A stretch of DNA of 53,951 nt. Source: a virus (taxonomy: Duplodnaviria > Caudoviricetes). The position numbers and the translations under genes are program-made. Positions within the stretch are counted from its first letter, which is position 1. Each line of letters starts with the position of its first letter. The notes under the pieces are model-generated. The model was not told the DNA's origin. It searched no databases and saw nothing but the letters and a program-made list of their open reading frames with translations. Shown in pieces: positions 49,498 to 53,951 of the stretch. Location: the IMG/VR virus record IMGVR_UViG_3300048672_001423, positions 1 to 53,951 of that record. One strand, written 5' to 3'.

Positions 49498-49980
49498 GTG
49501 TTTTCGGAATGTAAATTTGTTTTTTTATTGAAAAAATTTGTTTGTTAAACAGTTTTCCAGCGGGTACAGGTTTTTTTAATATCCTGTAAGGTATTTTCAT
49601 GCCCTTAATTATCAATTTCGCTTCTTCTACGCTTACGCCATTGATACAGACGTATTCTTGTTCATTGTGAATCATTATAACTTCTCTAAGTCGATTTTAA
49701 TACCAAATAAATGAAACTCTATGAATCTATACTTAACATTCATTTTTAACAAAGTTAGAATTGATTTTGAATCAAGACCGCTAAAGTCACTATTTGCAAA
49801 ATAAAGCCTTTTGAATTCAACACAAATTAATTCTTTTTGTTTTTCGTAATCTCTCCAATCTTCATCAGAAACAGGATTGATTTTATTTAAAGCAATAGCC
49901 CTTTTTTTAAGGGCCTTGATTGCTTTTTTAAGCTCCGATAGAGTCATTTTGTAGTGATTTAATATGTTCCAAAACTTCAT
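49466..49980 (-). CDS. two small hypothetical genes (49466-49675, 49675-49980)
   Basis: Overlapping ORFs in operon. Confidence 0.55.
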
Positions 49981-50818
49981 TTAATTTATGGTGATTTATT
50001 GTTAGATACGACTGCCAACAATTTTTTGATGGAGTCCATCTAAATCCATTAGACTTGAGAACATTGATAGTTTCTCTTTCTGGCTTTCCAGAAAAATGAG
50101 CTTCAAGTCTATTGTCAACTACATTTTTGACAAACTTTACACCGTTTATTACTTTTTCTTGTTGCTCTTCACTTCTAGCAGAAACTCTTCTTTTTAGCTT
50201 CTCCAAAGTTTCTTCATGGCCCTTGATTCTTGCTAGTGAATTAGTCAAACTAAATGTTGGATAACCCAATCCCCACCAACTACCGCCTTTTAAAATTTCT
50301 GCGATATTTTCATCAGTATTTCCCAAATTTGAAAGCTCTTCTTTTTTCTCTTCCAATGTGAGCTTCTTGTCTCTGATAACTTTATTAGAAGCAACCATCA
50401 TTTTGTGAGTTTCTTTTAGCTCCTCAATCAAATTTTCTTTTTCTTCAACTTGAGTATCTAAGTCTGGTTTCTCTGCTCTGTTGAGTTTTTTTGTTATATT
50501 TTTAACCCAACTTCTCCAATTATCGTAGCTTGAACGCTCCCAATTTCGCATCTTTTCCTGTCTGCGAACATTAAAGCCGCTTCCTCCAGTAATTGCGGAG
50601 CTGGCTGTTCTTGATAGCGAACTAATATGGTGAGACATCAGTTTTTTATATTTATCTGTTACCCAACCATGAGTTTCTACTGGAACAGTAGAAAGTAGCT
50701 CGTTAAGTTCTGTTTCGCAATCAGAAATGTACTGTTTTCCTCTTTCATCTGGTCTAAAGGAAATCCAAGAATGTGCCGCAATGGCTCTTTGCTCGTAAGA
50801 TTTTAAATTCGTGTTCAT
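49928..50818 (-). CDS. early protein resembling polyvalent-protein/leading-region domains (DUF3560-like)
   Basis: SSAITGGSGFN and F.GKP......LK..GFRW.PS...WQ motifs. Confidence 0.55.
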   Translation of the reverse strand: MNTNLKSYEQRAIAAHSWISFRPDERGKQYISDCETELNELLSTVPVETHGWVTDKYKKLMSHHISSLSRTASSAITGGSGFNVRRQEKMRNWERSSYDNWRSWVKNITKKLNRAEKPDLDTQVEEKENLIEELKETHKMMVASNKVIRDKKLTLEEKKEELSNLGNTDENIAEILKGGSWWGLGYPTFSLTNSLARIKGHEETLEKLKRRVSARSEEQQEKVINGVKFVKNVVDNRLEAHFSGKPERETINVLKSNGFRWTPSKNCWQSYLTINHHKLNEVLEHIKSLQNDSIGA

Positions 50819-50820
50819 TT

Positions 50821-51528
50821 TTAATCGTTGTTTTTTTGAAAATAATAAATTGATGTTTGAACGTTTGTTCTAGCAAACGGTATGTTATGCTCAACAACGT
50901 AATGTAGTTGCCATTTTTTGAGTGCGTTTTGAGTCTCTTTGTGCTTAATATCCATAAAAGTTGATGGAAGAATCACGTACAAAGAACCATATTCATCAAT
51001 CAAATCATGTGCTTTGTTGAATAATAATGGGTAAAACTCTTTTTGATAAGGTGGATTAGAAATGATTATGTCAAAGTTTTTTTCTTCTGGGTTGTAGTCT
51101 TCTAATTGTACATTATGAAAATTAATTTCTTTCTCATTACATACAAAATCAAAATCCTGCTCAATATCTGAATCTATGCCAGTTACTCGACAATATCCTC
51201 TATCAACAAACTCTTTTCCAAGCATCCCGAAACCGCAGCATAAATCAAGTATTGTTGAATACTTAGTCATAAATGTAAATGATTCAACAGTTTCAAAGAA
51301 CAGTTTTGATAACTGTGGTGGAGTGAAAAATTGGTCATTATAAACACCGCTTTTTCTTTGTCTTTCAATCAAATACTCATAAACCCAATTTTTTTCATCA
51401 GAAACATTGAAAGGCAATGAGCCAGTTGCTTTATAGTACTCAGCTATTTGAGGAATAGTATAAGGCATTGTTTTTCTTTGGTTTTGCTTTATGTAATATT
51501 CCAAAGAATAAGTTTTTAAAGTTTGCAT
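50821..51528 (-). CDS. gamma-class N6-adenine methyltransferase
   Basis: QFFTP, LDLCCGFG, ISNPPY. Confidence 0.8.
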   Translation of the reverse strand: MQTLKTYSLEYYIKQNQRKTMPYTIPQIAEYYKATGSLPFNVSDEKNWVYEYLIERQRKSGVYNDQFFTPPQLSKLFFETVESFTFMTKYSTILDLCCGFGMLGKEFVDRGYCRVTGIDSDIEQDFDFVCNEKEINFHNVQLEDYNPEEKNFDIIISNPPYQKEFYPLLFNKAHDLIDEYGSLYVILPSTFMDIKHKETQNALKKWQLHYVVEHNIPFARTNVQTSIYYFQKNND

Positions 51529-51561
51529 ATTATAATTGATTTGTGTTATTTAATTATAGTA

Positions 51562-51667
51562 CGAATATCGCATTATTATATTTAATAATCAAGTGAAAAT
51601 TAAAAAATCCTTGAAAAATACAACAAAATTGCTGTAATTAATCAAAGATTCTTTATATAATACAATT
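51562..51667 (-). repeat. conserved intergenic element copy C (shortened hairpin)
   Basis: See copy A. Confidence 0.8.
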
Positions 51668-51727
51668 TGATAGATTTTAACAAATTTATGCTTTTATTTG
51701 CCGTATTTGCGTTTGTTGGAAGTGTTT

Positions 51728-52459
51728 CTACGCTGTCAAACGCTGAACGGCTATATCGAAATATTTCTTTTCCTTTTCCATGCCGACAAATTGGCGGTTA
51801 AGGTTTTGACAGGCTACGGCAGTTGTTCCACTTCCAAAAGTATTATCAAGCACTAAATCACTTTCGTTTGTGTAGGTTTTTACAAAATATTCCATCAAAA
51901 AAACAGGTTTTTGCGTTGGGTGAAAAATATTTTGCGTGTTGGCATTTTGTACTTCGATAATCCGTTTAGGGTATCTCATGCCAGTTTCAAGTTGATTGAA
52001 AGCATATTCTTCACCATAGCAATCTGATTTCCTCTTTTTTACCAACCCTCTTTTATATTGCTTTTCCGCTTGAATCATTTGTGGATTATAAATAGGTGGC
52101 TTTTTATAAAACACGCAAATATCTTCATAATCATTTAGAGGGCGTTTTTTAGCATCTAAAAAGCCCGTTGCTTTTGTTTTTTTATATATCCAATTGTACC
52201 TAAATAGTGAAGGGTTGCTCATTATCAATGCACTTGTGAAAGGTTGTGAAGCACTAAGCACAATTGCACCATTATCTTTAATAATTCTCTCGTATTCTTT
52301 CCAAAGTTTATCAAAAGGAAGAATTGAATCCCATTTGCATTGAGTTGTACCATAGGGCAAATCTGCCAAAATTAAATCTACTGATTTATCAGCTATTTTC
52401 GGAAAAATATCAAAGCAATCAGCATTAAAAAGTTTTATTCTGTCATTACTCCAAATCAT
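51728..52459 (-). CDS. beta-class amino (N4/N6) DNA methyltransferase
   Basis: ADLPYG, HPTQKP, LDNTFGSGTT. Confidence 0.9.
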   Translation of the reverse strand: MIWSNDRIKLFNADCFDIFPKIADKSVDLILADLPYGTTQCKWDSILPFDKLWKEYERIIKDNGAIVLSASQPFTSALIMSNPSLFRYNWIYKKTKATGFLDAKKRPLNDYEDICVFYKKPPIYNPQMIQAEKQYKRGLVKKRKSDCYGEEYAFNQLETGMRYPKRIIEVQNANTQNIFHPTQKPVFLMEYFVKTYTNESDLVLDNTFGSGTTAVACQNLNRQFVGMEKEKKYFDIAVQRLTA

Positions 52460-52578
52460 AGAAATATTTTCTTTTTTTTTTTTTCTAAATTTAAGGAAAA
52501 TATTTCTGTTTTCAAAGTGTTAATTATCTGATTATTTCGTGCGACACCCTGAAAGCGTGGTTTACAAAGTTGGTTCAA

Positions 52579-52659
52579 GTCCAACGATGCAAAGGCGTAA
52601 AAGCAAGCATAAAAATGCCAGCATTTTTCACTATGTCATCGGCTTTGCCTTTGTTGGAA
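52579..52659 (-). repeat. attC-like palindromic element; 62-bp core identical to 53385-53446
   Basis: Minus strand TTCCAAC...GTTGGAC ends with internal inverted repeats. Confidence 0.7.
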
Positions 52660-52667
52660 AACTTTTA

Positions 52668-53270
52668 CTACGCAAATAATGATAAAGGCTCTAAAACTTT
52701 GGGTTGCTTAAATCCAAAATCTGCATTTGTTTTTTCTCTATGACATTTTTTGCACTTAAATTGATAATTTGACAACCACCCACCACCGCCACCAAATTTA
52801 ACGGGGAAAATATGGTCTAATTCTACTGATTTGTCATAATCATTAATACCACAAATTTCGCAGTTATACCCTCCTGTGTAGTGCCTTCTTAACATTCTTA
52901 GTGTTGAAGTATTACCAGATATGATTTGAAAAACGTTATTGGCAAAACTATTGCATTCATCTGTTGCCCATCTTTTTCTTCTTCCTTCAAGTTGTTTGCC
53001 ACAACCGCAAGCACATTTTCCATTTTTATCTTCAAATAATTCTGACATAGGTACAGAACAATGTCTTTGATATGGATTTAAAAGATTTTTTTGGTTTATT
53101 TTATCATAAATAGGCGTTGGGTCAAAGAAAAAAACTCTTTTCACTATTGGTTTTAAAATGATAGCATTATTATTTGTCAAATCAAGTGGTTTTCGACACC
53201 ATGATGGTTGAATATCATATAATTTGCTACCTGTTTTTTTGAAAGACGATAAATCCTTTATAGCAGTCAT
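52668..53270 (-). CDS. HNH endonuclease with Zn ribbons
   Basis: CACGCG, CxxCG, ELDHIFP...GGG...N...CxxCH.EKT. Confidence 0.85.
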   Translation of the reverse strand: MTAIKDLSSFKKTGSKLYDIQPSWCRKPLDLTNNNAIILKPIVKRVFFFDPTPIYDKINQKNLLNPYQRHCSVPMSELFEDKNGKCACGCGKQLEGRRKRWATDECNSFANNVFQIISGNTSTLRMLRRHYTGGYNCEICGINDYDKSVELDHIFPVKFGGGGGWLSNYQFKCKKCHREKTNADFGFKQPKVLEPLSLFA

Positions 53271-53383
53271 AAAATACTATTTTAGTTTCCTAAATTTACA
53301 AATTAATTCGCTTATAGTCAAGCGTTTAGCACTAAAATTAGTTACTTGCGACATCACGAAAGCGAAGCTAAAAAGTCCAGTAG

Positions 53384-53464
53384 CTCCAACGATGCAAAGG
53401 CGTAAAAGCAAGCATAAAAATGCCAGCATTTTTCACTATGTCATCGTCTTTGCTCCAGTTGGAA
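53384..53464 (-). repeat. attC-like palindromic element
   Basis: Minus strand TTCCAAC...GTTGGAG, beginning 2 nt after the upstream stop codon. Confidence 0.7.
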
Positions 53465-53716
53465 TTAAAAAAACACGATTGAAATAGCCAATCCAGATAG
53501 CGAACCAAGTGCCGCCCCAAACGCATAAATAAATCGGTCATTTGTGCTTCCAAATGCGATTTTCTTTACATTAAATGACCAAATCAATGAAATTATGAAT
53601 CCTGCGACAACTGTACCATGAAGGTTTTTTGTTGATATAAAGTGAGTATTTATTGCGACAAAAAATACTTGCATAAACCCAGTTGATAGTAATTTAATTT
53701 CTTCTTTCATATTCAC
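53465..53716 (-). CDS. small three-TM membrane protein
   Basis: Hydrophobic 83-aa ORF, QVFFVAINT...W..NV...YAxGA motif. Confidence 0.7.
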   Translation of the reverse strand: MNMKEEIKLLSTGFMQVFFVAINTHFISTKNLHGTVVAGFIISLIWSFNVKKIAFGSTNDRFIYAFGAALGSLSGLAISIVFF

Positions 53717-53757
53717 GGGCGACAGCTAAAGCTGTCTTGTTTAATTATTGTTTCGAG

Positions 53758-53831
53758 TTCCAACTCTGCAAATAAGCTCAAAAGCAAATTAAAGTCTTAA
53801 TTACTATTTGCCGTATTTGCGTTTGTTGGAA
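53758..53831 (-). repeat. attC-like palindromic element
   Basis: Minus strand TTCCAAC-aaacGCAAATA...TATTTGC-aga-GTTGGAA. Confidence 0.65.
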
Positions 53832-53838
53832 ATTTGTT

Positions 53839-53951
53839 CTACGATAATTCTGTAATATCATATTCAATATCTTCATCGTGAGTTATCGTAATGACATTTA
53901 ATCCATTTGCTGGTTTACTGTCACCAAAAACAGGATTCTCACCATTCACCA
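53839..53951 (-). CDS. 3' end of a gene running off the window
   Basis: Open frame ...VNGENPVFGDSKPANGLNVITITHDEDIEYDITELS*. Confidence 0.55.
   Translation of the reverse strand, partial: VNGENPVFGDSKPANGLNVITITHDEDIEYDITELS

Overview
This is a very AT-rich 54-kb piece of a tailed dsDNA phage, most likely a siphovirus of a Bacteroidota host: several TTTG-19/20nt-TAnnTTTG promoters, Gln-after-signal-peptide proteins, a tape measure protein and no sheath gene. Layout: (1) 1-6798, + strand replication/recombination genes (initiator C-terminus, DnaC/IstB-like ATPase, NinB-like, VRR-NUC-like, a deleted C5-MTase, SF2 helicase), ending at a bidirectional terminator. (2) About 36775 to 6871, - strand late genes (N4-MTase, ParB-like, TerS, PBSX-type TerL, portal, scaffold, capsid, tail chaperones, tape measure, tail tip/fibres, CHAP endolysin, holin/spanin candidates). 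(3) About 36800-39470, a largely non-coding, compositionally odd segment, possibly a terminus or packaging region. (4) 39475-53951, - strand early/accessory genes with three copies of a ~120-bp promoter-plus-hairpin element, three + strand tRNAs, a DEDDh exonuclease, two more MTases and attC-like palindromes. The standout is 46131-47192. A solo Cas7/RAMP-like gene is followed directly by a 445-bp array held in exact 5-nt register (RNA sense NGY-NN), punctuated by UUU-NN pentamers mostly every 45 nt and closed by a 12-bp hairpin. It is a candidate non-CRISPR RNA-guided system whose variable dinucleotides may encode gapped targets. Protein calls rest on motif recognition by eye; no searches were run.
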